A stretch of DNA of 64,000 nt from Armatimonadota bacterium (GTDB lineage Bacteria; Armatimonadota; Fimbriimonadia; Fimbriimonadales; GBS-DC): positions 64,001 to 128,000 of the forward strand of contig JBBIML010000006.1 of assembly GCA_037444405.1 (NCBI GenBank), written 5' to 3'. Below are positions 10,925 through 21,976 of the stretch, piece by piece (within the stretch, counting starts at the first letter, position 1; every line of letters starts with the position of its first letter). Under the pieces are notes generated by a model that had not been told where the DNA came from, did not search any database, and saw only the letters and a list, made by a program, of their open reading frames with translations. Both the position numbers and the translations under genes were made by a program.

Positions 10925-12238
10925 TTAATCCTGTGCTGACGAGAGGATATGTTTCGCCTGCTGGAGGGTGCGGGTTGCCAGATGGCTGATGCGGTTATGG
11001 CAGCAGCCGGAGAGTGCGCTCTCCAGCTGGTCGTGGAGCGGTTCGATCCATTTAGCGGGTAGCTGGCGGGCGCCGAAGGCGGCGCCCCAGATGCTGCCCG
11101 CCGTCGCGCCGTTGCAGTCGGTGTCCAGCCCCTGCATCACCGCGATGGTGATTACCTGCTCGAAGTCGGGCCAGCCCCACAGCAGCGCGTTCAGCACAAT
11201 CGCGTCGTTGTTGATGGCGTGAACCCATGCATAGCACCCGTAGAAGCGTTCCTGCATGCGAGCGAACGCCTCCTGCCAGTCGTAGCACTCGCCACGCCAG
11301 CGCAGGCAGTCGCGCACCATCTCGGCTTCGCGGCTTCTGGCGGGAATCTGTGCCAGACCCGCCTGGATAATCTGCTCGACATCCTGCGTGGCGAAGGCGG
11401 TGGCGATCATCGCGGCGGTAAACATCGCGCTGTAGACGCCGTTTTTCACATGGGAGAGCGCGGCATCGCGATAGGCGAACTCGGCTGCCCGTTCAGGCAT
11501 GCCGGGCGCCACATAGCCCCAGAAGTCGGCGCGAATGCGCGCGCCAATCCACTCGCGATAGGGATTGAGATAAACGGGCACTTCGCTCAGCGGGAGCTCG
11601 TTCAGCAGGTTGATATAGGCGCGCCGTTCCGCCGTGTAGGTCAGGTGTGCAGGCAAATAGTGGAGCCACATTTCGCCCACCTGCCGGGTGCTGAACGCTG
11701 CGCCATACCGTTCAAAAATCAGCAGCGCCAGCAGGGTGTAGTCGGTGTCGTCGTCACGCGTGCCGCCTTCGAAGTGCCCTTTCGTGCAGTAGGTGTAGGG
11801 CTGGGGTACGCCCTCGGGTGGGGTGCGGCTTTCGGGCGGGAAGTAGTCGCGCAGCGGGTAGGCATTCGCGCCCTCCAGATAGCGGCGGATCCGCTCGTGG
11901 CGCCAGCCTTCCACCGGCTTGCCTAACATACAGCCGGCGACGCGCCCCAGCCACGCGCCATAGAGCCGATCGTACAGCTCCCCCTCGCTGAGTGTGAGTG
12001 GCAGCGCCTGGAGGCTTGCCTCGCGCTCGGCACGGATGGCGTCCAACTCTATCGGCTCGCAATAGGGAAAATCGGCGCGAAGAGGCGCCGCCTGCAGCTC
12101 CCGATAGAGCTGCCAGAGCGCGTCGGCATCCTGCGCTTGCTCCCAGCGCTCCAGAGCGCCTGTCGTGTCAGCGCCCTCCTCGCTGCGCTGGATAATCTCC
12201 TCGCGCACCAGCTGCCGCAAACTGTCCAGCGAGGGCAT
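10925..12238 (-). CDS. ADP-ribosylglycohydrolase family protein
   Basis: GAWLGRVAGCMLGKPVEG, DDDTDYT, REWIGARIRAD, DTDCNGATAGS. Start at ATG 12238 after SD AGGAGG. Confidence 0.88.
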   Translation of the reverse strand: MPSLDSLRQLVREEIIQRSEEGADTTGALERWEQAQDADALWQLYRELQAAPLRADFPYCEPIELDAIRAEREASLQALPLTLSEGELYDRLYGAWLGRVAGCMLGKPVEGWRHERIRRYLEGANAYPLRDYFPPESRTPPEGVPQPYTYCTKGHFEGGTRDDDTDYTLLALLIFERYGAAFSTRQVGEMWLHYLPAHLTYTAERRAYINLLNELPLSEVPVYLNPYREWIGARIRADFWGYVAPGMPERAAEFAYRDAALSHVKNGVYSAMFTAAMIATAFATQDVEQIIQAGLAQIPARSREAEMVRDCLRWRGECYDWQEAFARMQERFYGCYAWVHAINNDAIVLNALLWGWPDFEQVITIAVMQGLDTDCNGATAGSIWGAAFGARQLPAKWIEPLHDQLESALSGCCHNRISHLATRTLQQAKHILSSAQD

Positions 12239-12251
12239 ATCCACCTCCTGT

Positions 12252-13811
12252 CTACTCCACACGGAACAGGCGTTTATCGAGAAAAGTTTGACCGAACATG
12301 TCGGTGGTTCTCACATACAGCACATGGGTGCCGCGCGGGAGGTCAGCGGGCAGATGTCCGCCCCACAAGTGCGGGCAGGGCATCGAGCCAGGCAGCGTGC
12401 GACCGGGCAGCCTGTATTCGCTCTCCAGCCGCTTCAGTTCGGCATAGGCAGGGTCCACCCGATCGCGCACAGGGGCAAGCCGTATCCAGTCGCCTGTCTC
12501 ACCGACCCGCATCTCCACGACGGAACGCTCGGAACCCGCAAACACATTCACCAGCACCTCCGTGTTCGTGAGCTGATTTTGTGGGATAGCGTCGGGCAGA
12601 TAGATGTTCATCTGGTAATCGGGCGGGCGTCGAGCGACCTGATAGCGGATGCGGAATCGATGGCGGTCAAAGGTGACCCACAGGTAGCCGTTGGGCGTGC
12701 CATCGCGCATGGTGGTGTGCGGGATGCCGACGGGGTCGGGCACGCCTGTCCACCAGCTGCCGCACACCGTGCCCGCGTTCCAGTGCAGGTGCGGTTCACG
12801 CCCGCGCCAGCCATCCGACTCGCCAAAAAAGCGCTGGGTCTGAAAATGGGTATGGGCGGAGAAGGAGAGCGTGTGCGGGAACGGCGCGAGCATTTCGAAT
12901 ACCGCCCGCCGCTCCTCTTCGGGCCACTCCCACATCGGGATATGCATGCACAGCACCACCCAGTCGCGGCGCGGCACATGCTGGAGATAGTTGCGAAGGA
13001 ACTCGATCTGTCGCTCGCCCAGCCCTGCCCGATAGCGCCCGCGCCGACCCTCACGCGCACCTTCCCACACCACATCGTCCAGTACGATAAAATGCACATG
13101 TCCGTACTGCAATGCATAGTAGTTCGGTCCGAACACGCGCTCCCAGGTTTCGTCGCTGTAGCGGTCGTCGGGCGAGTCGTAGTTCATATCGTGGTTGCCC
13201 AGCACATAGTAGAAGGGGATGCCGATACGCCCGATGGCGCGCGCCAGCGGCTGCATCACCGTCAGGTCATCGAACACCACATCGCCCAGCACGATGCCCA
13301 GCACCGCCTTGCGCGTGCCTATCAGCTCACGCAGCACATCGTGCGCGATATAGCCCACCTCACGCAAATCGCGCGGTTGGGTATCACCGAACACCAGCAC
13401 CGTGAAGCGGTTCGACTCGCGCTGGGGATAGAGCGGGAAGTCGAGCGATTCGGGCAGGGGTCCCGTGGGCGCGACGCCCATATAGGCAACCAGCGGCGAG
13501 CCGTTCGGCTTGTGAACATAGTAGAAGCGGGGCACATTATCCCGATCCAGCGCGGTCATCCAGCCGCGCGGCTTAATCACAAAAATGGTCGTGTCGTCCC
13601 CGACAGGCAGCCGATAGCGCCCCTTCGAGTCGGTGCGCACCACCTCGCGCTGGTTGGAGACCAGCACATTGGGGATACCTGGCTCGCCCGCATCACGGAC
13701 GCCGTTGCGATTGCGGTCGTGATAGACCACGCCTTCGACAAAGGTGCCCTCTTGCGCCCAGCCGAGCGTCAGGAGCGTTAGCAGCCATGCAATCAGCGCG
13801 TACCGTCGCAT
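12252..13811 (-). CDS. Secreted calcineurin-like metallophosphoesterase
   Basis: Signal peptide MRRYALIAWLL..; GVVYHDRNRNG N-domain; GDTQ, LGDVVFD, GNHD, HIP, AHTH, CGSWW, DGTPNGY. Confidence 0.9.
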   Translation of the reverse strand: MRRYALIAWLLTLLTLGWAQEGTFVEGVVYHDRNRNGVRDAGEPGIPNVLVSNQREVVRTDSKGRYRLPVGDDTTIFVIKPRGWMTALDRDNVPRFYYVHKPNGSPLVAYMGVAPTGPLPESLDFPLYPQRESNRFTVLVFGDTQPRDLREVGYIAHDVLRELIGTRKAVLGIVLGDVVFDDLTVMQPLARAIGRIGIPFYYVLGNHDMNYDSPDDRYSDETWERVFGPNYYALQYGHVHFIVLDDVVWEGAREGRRGRYRAGLGERQIEFLRNYLQHVPRRDWVVLCMHIPMWEWPEEERRAVFEMLAPFPHTLSFSAHTHFQTQRFFGESDGWRGREPHLHWNAGTVCGSWWTGVPDPVGIPHTTMRDGTPNGYLWVTFDRHRFRIRYQVARRPPDYQMNIYLPDAIPQNQLTNTEVLVNVFAGSERSVVEMRVGETGDWIRLAPVRDRVDPAYAELKRLESEYRLPGRTLPGSMPCPHLWGGHLPADLPRGTHVLYVRTTDMFGQTFLDKRLFRVE

Positions 13812-13912
13812 CGATTCCCTCCCTGTGTGCATCGGCAAGATAGTACGCTTTTTTATGCGGACTCCCTGCAGGATTTGAAGAGAGTGTGTCGTATAGAAAA
13901 CACAGAGGTTGG

Positions 13913-14647
13913 ATGATGCCCTCCATCTGGGATAAGCTGGACTGGAAAGAGAAGGCGTGGCTGATGGCGGTGTATGGCATCTCGCTGATGCTGACCGCGC
14001 TGATTGCATACAACATCGGGCGCGGCTCGCCGCCGATGGCGCCTTCAGAGACGCGCGACGCAGCAGCTCTTACCGACAGCTCTGCGCCCACGCCAAAAGA
14101 GCCAGCGAGCGATGCTGAGCTGTTGCCAGCGCCTTCGTCCAGCACGCCTGTTCAGCAAATCGATCTGAGCCAGCCGGCGGGTGCGACCATCAAGGTGCAT
14201 GTGGCGGGCGCGGTGAAGCAGCCCGGTCTCTATGAGCTGCCTGCGGGTAGTCGTGTGCAGGACGCGCTGCAAAAGGCGGGCGGCGCGAAAGCCGACGCCG
14301 ATACCGAGAGCCTCAATCTCGCCGAGCCGCTCAGCGATGGGCAAAAGGTGTATGTGCCGCATCGGGGTGAGACGCAGGTCGCCGAATCGGGCGCATCGGT
14401 CGCCGCACGCCCGCCACGAGTTAGAAGCGACGCATCGACCCCGACCGCCCGCTTCCCGCTCGATATCAACCGCGCCAGCGCGGCGGAGCTGGAGCTGCTG
14501 CCAGGCATCGGTCCCGTGCTGGCAGGGCGCATCGTCGAGTATCGCAAGCTGCGCGGGCGGTTCCAGTCGGTCGATGAGCTGCTGGATGTTCCTGGCATCG
14601 GTCCCAAGCGGCTGGAGCAGATTCGCCCCTATGTGGTGGTGCGGTGA
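13913..14647 (+). CDS. comEA: Competence protein ComEA (TM + SLBB + helix-hairpin-helix)
   Basis: VHVAGAVKQPGLYEL, LNLAEPLSDGQKVYVP, DINRASAAELELLPGIGP, DVPGIGPK. Confidence 0.92.
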   Translation: MMPSIWDKLDWKEKAWLMAVYGISLMLTALIAYNIGRGSPPMAPSETRDAAALTDSSAPTPKEPASDAELLPAPSSSTPVQQIDLSQPAGATIKVHVAGAVKQPGLYELPAGSRVQDALQKAGGAKADADTESLNLAEPLSDGQKVYVPHRGETQVAESGASVAARPPRVRSDASTPTARFPLDINRASAAELELLPGIGPVLAGRIVEYRKLRGRFQSVDELLDVPGIGPKRLEQIRPYVVVR

Positions 14648-14662
14648 AGAAGGCTCAAAAAT

Positions 14663-14734
14663 CCTTCTCTGCCGTTCATGGCGAGGGGCAGTGAAACCCT
14701 CTCCCCCAGCGGGGGCGAGGGTACGGGTGGGGGG
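14663..14734. repeat. Two degenerate copies of the CCCTCTCCC..GGGAGAGGG palindromic extragenic repeat
   Basis: ccttctctgcc..ggcgagggg and ccctctcccccagcgggggcgagggtacgggtggggg between convergent comEA and lepB. Confidence 0.6.
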
Positions 14735-14745
14735 TGGACAATATT

Positions 14746-15555
14746 TCAGCGTGCGTCAGGCAGCGGGGTTCGATTCGCAGGACCGATGCGCGATGGCGGC
14801 CAGAACACGAACAGCGCCTTGCCCACCACACGATGGGCATCCAGCAGACCCCAGTGGTGGCTGTCGCTGCTGTTGTTGCGGTTATCGCCCAGCATCAGGT
14901 ACTTGCCAGGCGGGATCGGCTGCGGAGGTGTCTGGCGCACGCGCTGGCGCTCGGCAGGGTCCAGCACCGCCACGCGCATCATATGCGGACCACCCTTCCA
15001 CATCTGATCGGTGGCTTCGTCATACTCGTACACCAGCCCGTCCACGATTTTCATCGAGTACTGGGGTATGCCGTTGATGTACGGCTCCTTGAGCAGTTTG
15101 CCATTCAGGTAGACCCCCTCGCCTGCCTTCACCTCAATCACATCGCCGGGCAGACCAATTAGCCGTTTCACGAAGTCGGTCTTGCCAGGCACCTGGTCAG
15201 GGCGCAACGCCCAGTCGGGCGCGCGGAACACGACGATATCGAACCGCTGCGGCTTGCTCCAGCGGTAGCTGAATTTGCCCACCATCACCACATCGCCAAC
15301 CTGCAGGGTGGGCACCATCGATTCGGAGGGGATATAGAACGGCTGTACCAGATAGGGGCGGATGAGCAGGTAGACAAGGATGCCCGCGTACACAATCGCG
15401 TCCAGCGTGTTGTTGAGGAAGCGGGCGAAGCGGTTCTGCATCGGCATCAGCAACAGGCGCAAGCCGAGGCAGACCACCATCGCGAACACGACCGTCGCGA
15501 CGGGCAATCGCGCCAGCGTCTCAATCCATGTCAGCGGGGCAGCCGGTTCCATCAC
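14746..15555 (-). CDS. lepB: Signal peptidase I
   Basis: [13 protein letters not shown] (Ser), [11 protein letters not shown] (Lys), [10 protein letters not shown]. Confidence 0.96.
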   Translation of the reverse strand: MMEPAAPLTWIETLARLPVATVVFAMVVCLGLRLLLMPMQNRFARFLNNTLDAIVYAGILVYLLIRPYLVQPFYIPSESMVPTLQVGDVVMVGKFSYRWSKPQRFDIVVFRAPDWALRPDQVPGKTDFVKRLIGLPGDVIEVKAGEGVYLNGKLLKEPYINGIPQYSMKIVDGLVYEYDEATDQMWKGGPHMMRVAVLDPAERQRVRQTPPQPIPPGKYLMLGDNRNNSSDSHHWGLLDAHRVVGKALFVFWPPSRIGPANRTPLPDAR

Positions 15556-15905
15556 CGATCGCGATCCTCTTTCAGGCGGGCGGCTTTACCGGAGAGTTCG
15601 CGCAGGTAGTAGAGCTTCGCGCGGCGCACCTTGCCCCGACGCACCACCTCAATCTTGCTCACCACGGGCGAGTGCAGGGGGAAAGTGCGCTCCACGCCGA
15701 TGCCGTACGACACCTTGCGCACGGTGATCGTGTCGGCGACGCCGCGATGTTTGCGGGCAATCACCACGCCTTCGAAAACCTGCGTGCGCTCCTTACCGCC
15801 TTCGCGCACCAGCACATGCACGCGCACGGTATCGCCCGCCCGTATATCGGGCAGGTCCGTCTTCAGATACGGTTTCTCCACCTGTTCCAGAATCGTCTGG
15901 CTCAT
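15552..15905 (-). CDS. rplS: 50S ribosomal protein L19
   Basis: [43 protein letters not shown]. Confidence 0.99.
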   Translation of the reverse strand: MSQTILEQVEKPYLKTDLPDIRAGDTVRVHVLVREGGKERTQVFEGVVIARKHRGVADTITVRKVSYGIGVERTFPLHSPVVSKIEVVRRGKVRRAKLYYLRELSGKAARLKEDRDR

Positions 15906-16645
15906 CGTTGCACCTCTTCCTCGTTGAGTTCCCTGAGCAGTTCTACATCCTGTCGGGTCAGATAGGCACGCGCGAACAGGTCCGGTCGCAACATGCGGGT
16001 CAATCGCAGTTGCTCCCGTCTGCGCCAGCGTGCAATCGCGCCGTGATTGCCCGAAAGCAGCACGGGCGGCACCCGCCAGCCCCGAAACTCCTCCGGGCGC
16101 GTATATTGAGGATACCCTAAAAGCCCGTCCGAAAAGGAATCCTGCAGGAGCGATTCGGGCGAATGGATGGCGCCGGGCAGAAGGCGCACGACGGAGTCGA
16201 TAATCACCAGCGCGGGCAGCTCGCCCCCTGTCAGCACGAAGTCGCCGATGCTGAGGGTGTCGGTCGCCAGATGCTCGCGCACGCGCGCGTCGACGCCCTC
16301 ATAGTGCCCGCAGATAATGATCAGATGCTCCGCCTGCGCCAGTTCGCGCGCCATCGCCTGCGTGTAGAGCCGCCCCTGCGGTTCCAGCAGGATAATCCGC
16401 GCGCCGCGTGGCTCGGGCGTGCAGAACTCCACCGCGCGGAAGATGGGTTCGGGCTTCATCACCAGCCCTGCGCCGCCGCCGTAGGGTTCATCGTCCACCG
16501 TGCGGTGCTTATCGGTGGCGAAATCGCGCAGCTGGATGGCGCGAATGGCGACCAGCCCGCGCTCCTGCGCCCGCCCCACGATGCTGTAGCGCGTGCCCGC
16601 CTCAATCACCTCCGGGAACAGCGTGATGACATCGATTCTCAACAC
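15902..16645 (-). CDS. trmD: tRNA (guanine37-N1)-methyltransferase
   Basis: [50 protein letters not shown]. Confidence 0.98.
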   Translation of the reverse strand: MLRIDVITLFPEVIEAGTRYSIVGRAQERGLVAIRAIQLRDFATDKHRTVDDEPYGGGAGLVMKPEPIFRAVEFCTPEPRGARIILLEPQGRLYTQAMARELAQAEHLIIICGHYEGVDARVREHLATDTLSIGDFVLTGGELPALVIIDSVVRLLPGAIHSPESLLQDSFSDGLLGYPQYTRPEEFRGWRVPPVLLSGNHGAIARWRRREQLRLTRMLRPDLFARAYLTRQDVELLRELNEEEVQR

Positions 16646-16690
16646 GAAAAAGATTATACCGTGTGGATCAAGCCTTCAGTCCGAGCGGCT

Positions 16691-17593
16691 TCATGGGCAC
16701 GATGCGTGGCTCAGCATCACCTCCAGCAGCAGGCGGGTGGCAATCAGGGCGCTGTTGCCGCTGGGGTCGAGCGCAGGCGCGAGTTCCACAAGGTCGGCGC
16801 CGAGCAGGGTGTTGCGCCGGGCGACCAGCTGGATAATCTGCGCCACTTCACCGAAGCTCAAGCCGTCGGGTTCAGGGCTGCTGGTGGCGGGCAGAACGGC
16901 GGGATCCAGCGCGTCCACATCCAGCGAGAGATAGACCGATTTGCCCGCTGGCAGGGCGTTCAGCGCGGGTTGCTCGCGCCACTCATCACAAAAGAGGAGC
17001 ATGTGCCCGCGCGCCTGCGCCGCCTCCACCGCTTCGGGGTCGAACCGCACGCCGCGCAGCCCAATCGTGGTGATGTGCGCAAGGTTGGACATCGCCTCCA
17101 CCGCGCGGCGGAACGGGCTGGAGTTGGAGTAGCGCGTGCCGTCCCGCTCGTTGCTGAAGTCGAGGTGCGCATCGATCTGCACCACATGCAGGTCGGGCAC
17201 ATCGTCGAAGGCGAGCAGCAGCGGGTAGGTGATGCTGTGGTCGCCGCCGATGAAGAGGGGCAGTTTCACGCGCTGGCGCAGGGCGCGCGCCGCCGCCGTG
17301 ATGCGTTCAAATGCCAGCTCGTAGTTCAGTGTCGGGATGTCCACATCGCCCGCGTCGATCACCTGCACCCCGCGCAGTCGCCAGCCCTCGCGCGGGTGAT
17401 AGTAGCCGTCGGGCGAGAGCGCGTAGCGCAGGCTCGCCTGCCGAACCGCCTGCGGCGCGAAGCGTGCACCCGGACGGTAGCCGACGGTGATATCGAACGG
17501 CACGCCCAGCACGCCCACATCCGCCTGCCACGATTCGCTCAGCGGGCGATAGGGCGCCCGCAAAAAGGTCGCAATGCCAGCAAACGGCAACAT
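16691..17593 (-). CDS. speB: Agmatinase / ureohydrolase (arginase family)
   Basis: RPGARFAP, GGDHS, DAHLD, DVDALDP, DLVELAP metal-binding motifs. Confidence 0.88.
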   Translation of the reverse strand: MLPFAGIATFLRAPYRPLSESWQADVGVLGVPFDITVGYRPGARFAPQAVRQASLRYALSPDGYYHPREGWRLRGVQVIDAGDVDIPTLNYELAFERITAAARALRQRVKLPLFIGGDHSITYPLLLAFDDVPDLHVVQIDAHLDFSNERDGTRYSNSSPFRRAVEAMSNLAHITTIGLRGVRFDPEAVEAAQARGHMLLFCDEWREQPALNALPAGKSVYLSLDVDALDPAVLPATSSPEPDGLSFGEVAQIIQLVARRNTLLGADLVELAPALDPSGNSALIATRLLLEVMLSHASCP

Positions 17594-19039
17594 TCAGAGG
17601 ATTATATCCTCAATCACGCGCCCGGCGACATCGGTCAGGCGGAAGTTGCGCCCCTGATACCAGTAGGTCAGGCGCGTGTGGTCAATCCCCATCAGGTGCA
17701 GGATGGTGGCGTGCAAGTCATGCACATGCACGGGGTTCTCCGCCACATGGTAGCCGAGTTCATCGGTGGCGCCGTAGGTGATGCCGGGCTTGACCCCGCC
17801 ACCCGCCATCCAGATGGTGAAGGCGCGCGGGTGGTGGTCGCGTCCGAGATAGGTGGAGCCGCCGCGCCCCTCTTTCATCGGCGTGCGCCCGAACTCACCG
17901 CCCCAGATGACCAGCGTATCCTCCAGCAACCCGCGCTGCTTGAGATCAATAATTAGCGCGGCGCAGGCGCGATCCACCTCGTTGCAGAGGCGCGGCAACG
18001 CTTTGGAGATGCTGTCGCTTTCGAACGCGCCGTGATGGTCCCAGCCGCGATGGTAGAGCTGCACAAACCGCACGCCGCGCTCCACCAGCCGCCGTGCCAG
18101 CAGGCAGTTGTTCGCGAACGACGGCTTGCCCGGCGTCGTGCCGTACAGCTGGTGGATATGCTCTGGCTCCTTGCTGATGTCCATCAGCTCAGGCACGCTG
18201 CTCTGCATGCGGTATGCCAGCTCGTAGGCGTTGATGCGCGTCTCGATTTCGGGGTCGCCCACCGATTCGAGCTTCATGCGGTCGAGGTCGCTGATGGCTT
18301 CGACGGTCTCGCGCCGCACTTCGGCGTCGATGCCGTCGGGGTTGGACACATACAGCACAGGGTCGCCCTTGCTGCGGAACTCCACGCCCTGATAGACGGT
18401 GGGCAAAAAGCCGCTGCTCCAGCAGGCGTGCCCGCCGTCAGGTCGGTTCGCGCCTGAAATCAGTACCACGAAGCCCGGCAAATCCCGATTCTCTGTGCCC
18501 AGACCGTAGGTGAGCCATGAACCCATGCTGGGACGCCCTGGCAGCTGATGACCCGTGTTCATATAAATCTGCGCGGGCGCGTGATTGAACTGATCGGTCT
18601 GCATCGAGCGGATGATACAGAGGTCGTCAGCAATCTGGGCGATATGGGGCAACAGCTCGGAGATTTCCTGACCCGACTGACCGTGCTTGCTGAACTTATA
18701 GGGCGAGCCAAGCAGAATCGGGCGCCCCTTGATGAAGGCGAACCGCTCGCCCTGGATCAGGCTCTCCGGGCAGGGCTGACCGTCGTAGCGTTGCAGGGTC
18801 GGCTTGTAATCAAACAGGTCGAGCTGGGACGGCGCTCCTGCCATGAACAGGAAGATAATCCGTTTGGCGCGCGGCTTGAAGTGCGGTTTTTTCGGCGCGA
18901 GTGGGTCAATCGCGGCGAGCAGCTTCTCGTTCAGCAGGGCGTTCAGCGCGAGCGCACCGATTCCATAGCCGCACATCCGAAAGAAATGGCGGCGCGTAAT
19001 CTGCTTCAATGTCTCCTGATCCAGCTTTTGTGAGCGCAT
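17594..19039 (-). CDS. DUF1501 domain protein (Tat-exported, sulfatase-like)
   Basis: TRRHFF Tat motif; [46 protein letters not shown]. Confidence 0.92.
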   Translation of the reverse strand: MRSQKLDQETLKQITRRHFFRMCGYGIGALALNALLNEKLLAAIDPLAPKKPHFKPRAKRIIFLFMAGAPSQLDLFDYKPTLQRYDGQPCPESLIQGERFAFIKGRPILLGSPYKFSKHGQSGQEISELLPHIAQIADDLCIIRSMQTDQFNHAPAQIYMNTGHQLPGRPSMGSWLTYGLGTENRDLPGFVVLISGANRPDGGHACWSSGFLPTVYQGVEFRSKGDPVLYVSNPDGIDAEVRRETVEAISDLDRMKLESVGDPEIETRINAYELAYRMQSSVPELMDISKEPEHIHQLYGTTPGKPSFANNCLLARRLVERGVRFVQLYHRGWDHHGAFESDSISKALPRLCNEVDRACAALIIDLKQRGLLEDTLVIWGGEFGRTPMKEGRGGSTYLGRDHHPRAFTIWMAGGGVKPGITYGATDELGYHVAENPVHVHDLHATILHLMGIDHTRLTYWYQGRNFRLTDVAGRVIEDIIL

Positions 19040-19045
19040 GGTTTT

Positions 19046-21931
19046 TTACTCCTTCGTGATTGTTTCGTCCAGGTTGAGCATCACATGGGCGACCATGGTG
19101 AGCGCGGCGAGGCTGGCGTCGTCGTTGCCGACGAGTTTGCGTGTCGCCTCCCGATTGGCGCGGTAGCGTTCGAGCATGCGCTCGTAGAGCTGGCGCAATC
19201 GGTTCAGCTCCTGTGGTTGTGGGTAGCGCGCGGTGCAGCAGCGGAAGCCGTACTGGATGGCTTTTTCGATGGAGCCGCGCCCCGCTTTCTGCATGCGTTT
19301 TGCCAGCCCCTGCGCCGCCTCCATATACACAGGGTCGTTCAGCAGCACGAGCGCCTGCAGGGGCGTGTTCGTGCGCGGGCGGTTGGCAGTGCAGACCTCG
19401 CGCGAGCTGGCATCGAACGCCACAAATGACGGATAGGGCGCCGAGCGCCGCCAGAAGGTGTAAATCCCGCGCCGATAGCGATCCTCGCCCTCGCTCATCA
19501 CCCAGCGGTCGGCGTTGAACGGGATGTCCCACACGCCTTCAGGCTGATAGGGGAACACGCTCGGACCGCCAATCTTGCGGCTCAACAGCCCGCCAATCGT
19601 CAGCGCGTTATCCCGAATCAGCTCGGCTTCGAGGCGATGGCGCGGTCCGCGGGCATAAAGCGTGTTCTTCGGGTCGCGCTCCAGCAGTGCGGGCGTGATG
19701 TGCGAAGATTGCCGATAGGTGGCACTGGTAACAATCAGTCGATAGATGGCTTTCATGCTCCAGCCGCGCTCCATGAACTCCACGGCGAGCCAGTCGAGCA
19801 GCTCGGGATGGGTGGGGTAGGCGCCCTGCGTGCCGAAGTTATCGCTGGTTTCGACCAGCCCGCGCCCGAAGCAGGCTTCCCACATGCGGTTGACCTGCAC
19901 GCGCGCGGTGAGCGGGTTCTCACGCGAGACGAGCCACTTCGCCAGCCCCAGCCGATTGCGCGGCGCATCGGGCGGGAAGGGATTCAGCACCGCTGGCGTG
20001 TCCGCCTCCACCGCCTCGCCCGGATGGGTGAACTCGCCCCGAACGCGAATCTCCGCTTTGAGGGGTCCGTTTGGCGGGTTGTCCTCCATCACGAGCGTGG
20101 TGGGGATTTGCGCCTCCAGCTGGCGTTTCGCTTCCTCCACCTCGCGCACCAGCAGGGCGTCGGAGCCTGACGCGCTGACGCGGAACCTCCCCAGCACATG
20201 CTGCTTCCAGCGCTGCGATTCGAAGCGCAGGGTCAGCTTCAGCGTGGCATCGCGCCGAACACGCACGGGTTTCTCAAACAGCAACCCCAGCTCGTGCGGC
20301 TCGCTCACGCGCGGAACGATTGCCCAGCCCTGCTCTTGTTGCGGCTCGGAGCGTGTCAGCACGCTGATATCGAAGCCGTCCTGCACGAAGTCAGCGAACG
20401 CCACGCGCAGGCGCAACGGCTCGCCATTCAGCGTGACCGACACACCCGTCAGAATGAAGTTGCCGCTGTCGGCACGCCCAGAGCCTTTCTGTGGGAAGCT
20501 CTCATCAGGGATGGCTTCAATCCGAATCGCCCGATAGCGCCCCGCTGGCAAACGCAGCTTGAGGTGATACACATCCTGGTCGGGCGTGTCGCCTTCCGCT
20601 TTGAGGGAGCCATCGGGTAGCGACTTCAGCTGGCTCCCCTTCTCCGCTTTGACCGCCAGCACGGATAGCGTTCGCCATTCGGGCGGATTCGGGTACCGCT
20701 GGCGCAGTTGCGCAAGGCGTTTTTCGAGGGCTTCCAGCTGGCGTTGCTGTTCGGGCGTGGGCGCCCGGATCTGGGCTTCCAGCCACTTCTCTTCACCGAC
20801 GCTCGCATCGCCCACAGGGTAAATCTTCGAGTTATTGAAGAACGCCAGCATCGCGTAGTAGTCGCGCTGGGTGAAGGGGTCGTACTTGTGGTCGTGGCAG
20901 CGGGCGCAGCCGAAGGTGATGCCCAGCCACACCGTCGCGGTGGTGTCCACCCGATCTACCAGCTTCATGAAGTGCGCCTCCGCCTGATCCACACCCCCCT
21001 CCAGATTCTGCATCGTGTTGCGGTGGAAGCCCGTCGCGATGCGCTGCTCCAGTGTCGGGTTCGGCAGCAGGTCGCCCGCAATCTGCTCGATGGTGAACTG
21101 GTCAAACGGCATATCTTTGTTGAACGCCTCAATCACCCAGTCGCGGTAGCGCCAGATGGAGCGTCGCAGGTCTTTCTCATAGCCGTCGGTGTCGGCATAG
21201 CGTGCCAGATCGAGCCAGATTCGCGCCTGACGCTCACCATAATGCGGCGACTGGAGCAGGCGATCCACCAGCCGCTCGTAGGCGTCGGGACGCTTGTCGC
21301 GTAAAAAGGCGTCCACCTCTTCGGGGCTGGGCGGTAGACCAATCAGATCGAGATAGACGCGCCGTATCAGCACCTCTTTAGGCGCTTCGGGCGACGGTTG
21401 CAGCCCTTCCTGCTCCAGCCGATGCAAAATAAACGCATCGATGGGGTTGCGCACCCATGCGCGATTTTTCACTTCGGGGATGGGCGGGCGTTCAGGCTTG
21501 ATGAACGCCCAGTGTTTGGCGTTCTCCGCGCCTTCGGGCCATTCCGCGCCCTCGTTGATCCAGCGTTTGATGGTCTCGATATGTTCGGGTGAGAGCGCGG
21601 TCAGTCCCTTCGGCATGCGGGGACCCAGCTCCTCGCCGCTAATGCGTTTCACCAGCAGGCTGGCTTCGGCGTTGCCGGGGATGATCACGGGTCCGCTGAC
21701 GCCGCCCTTGAAGGCGTCTTCGCGATTGGACAGGCGCAGACCGCCGTTGCGCCTGGTGGGTCCGTGGCAGGGGAAGCATGAGGCTTTGAAGATGGGCAGC
21801 ACCTCGCGGGCGAAGTCCACCCGGCGCTGGGTGGGTTTGGGCGCGGGCACAGACGCCTGCCACGCCAGCCCTATCAGCAGGGCAGGCAATCCACCATAGA
21901 GCCACCAGAACAGCGCGCCACTTTTCATCAC
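19046..21931 (-). CDS. PSD1 / planctomycete cytochrome c protein (DUF1549 + DUF1553)
   Basis: CFPCH and CARCHDHKYDP heme-type motifs; RNPIDAFI, WLDLARYADTDG, PTHPELLDWLA, TNTPLQAL. Start probably GTG 21931 or ATG 21928. Confidence 0.92.
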   Translation of the reverse strand: MMKSGALFWWLYGGLPALLIGLAWQASVPAPKPTQRRVDFAREVLPIFKASCFPCHGPTRRNGGLRLSNREDAFKGGVSGPVIIPGNAEASLLVKRISGEELGPRMPKGLTALSPEHIETIKRWINEGAEWPEGAENAKHWAFIKPERPPIPEVKNRAWVRNPIDAFILHRLEQEGLQPSPEAPKEVLIRRVYLDLIGLPPSPEEVDAFLRDKRPDAYERLVDRLLQSPHYGERQARIWLDLARYADTDGYEKDLRRSIWRYRDWVIEAFNKDMPFDQFTIEQIAGDLLPNPTLEQRIATGFHRNTMQNLEGGVDQAEAHFMKLVDRVDTTATVWLGITFGCARCHDHKYDPFTQRDYYAMLAFFNNSKIYPVGDASVGEEKWLEAQIRAPTPEQQRQLEALEKRLAQLRQRYPNPPEWRTLSVLAVKAEKGSQLKSLPDGSLKAEGDTPDQDVYHLKLRLPAGRYRAIRIEAIPDESFPQKGSGRADSGNFILTGVSVTLNGEPLRLRVAFADFVQDGFDISVLTRSEPQQEQGWAIVPRVSEPHELGLLFEKPVRVRRDATLKLTLRFESQRWKQHVLGRFRVSASGSDALLVREVEEAKRQLEAQIPTTLVMEDNPPNGPLKAEIRVRGEFTHPGEAVEADTPAVLNPFPPDAPRNRLGLAKWLVSRENPLTARVQVNRMWEACFGRGLVETSDNFGTQGAYPTHPELLDWLAVEFMERGWSMKAIYRLIVTSATYRQSSHITPALLERDPKNTLYARGPRHRLEAELIRDNALTIGGLLSRKIGGPSVFPYQPEGVWDIPFNADRWVMSEGEDRYRRGIYTFWRRSAPYPSFVAFDASSREVCTANRPRTNTPLQALVLLNDPVYMEAAQGLAKRMQKAGRGSIEKAIQYGFRCCTARYPQPQELNRLRQLYERMLERYRANREATRKLVGNDDASLAALTMVAHVMLNLDETITKE

Positions 21932-21976
21932 TGGGATATTATACATCCGTCATAGCCCGATTCCTGCTTCGCTGGG

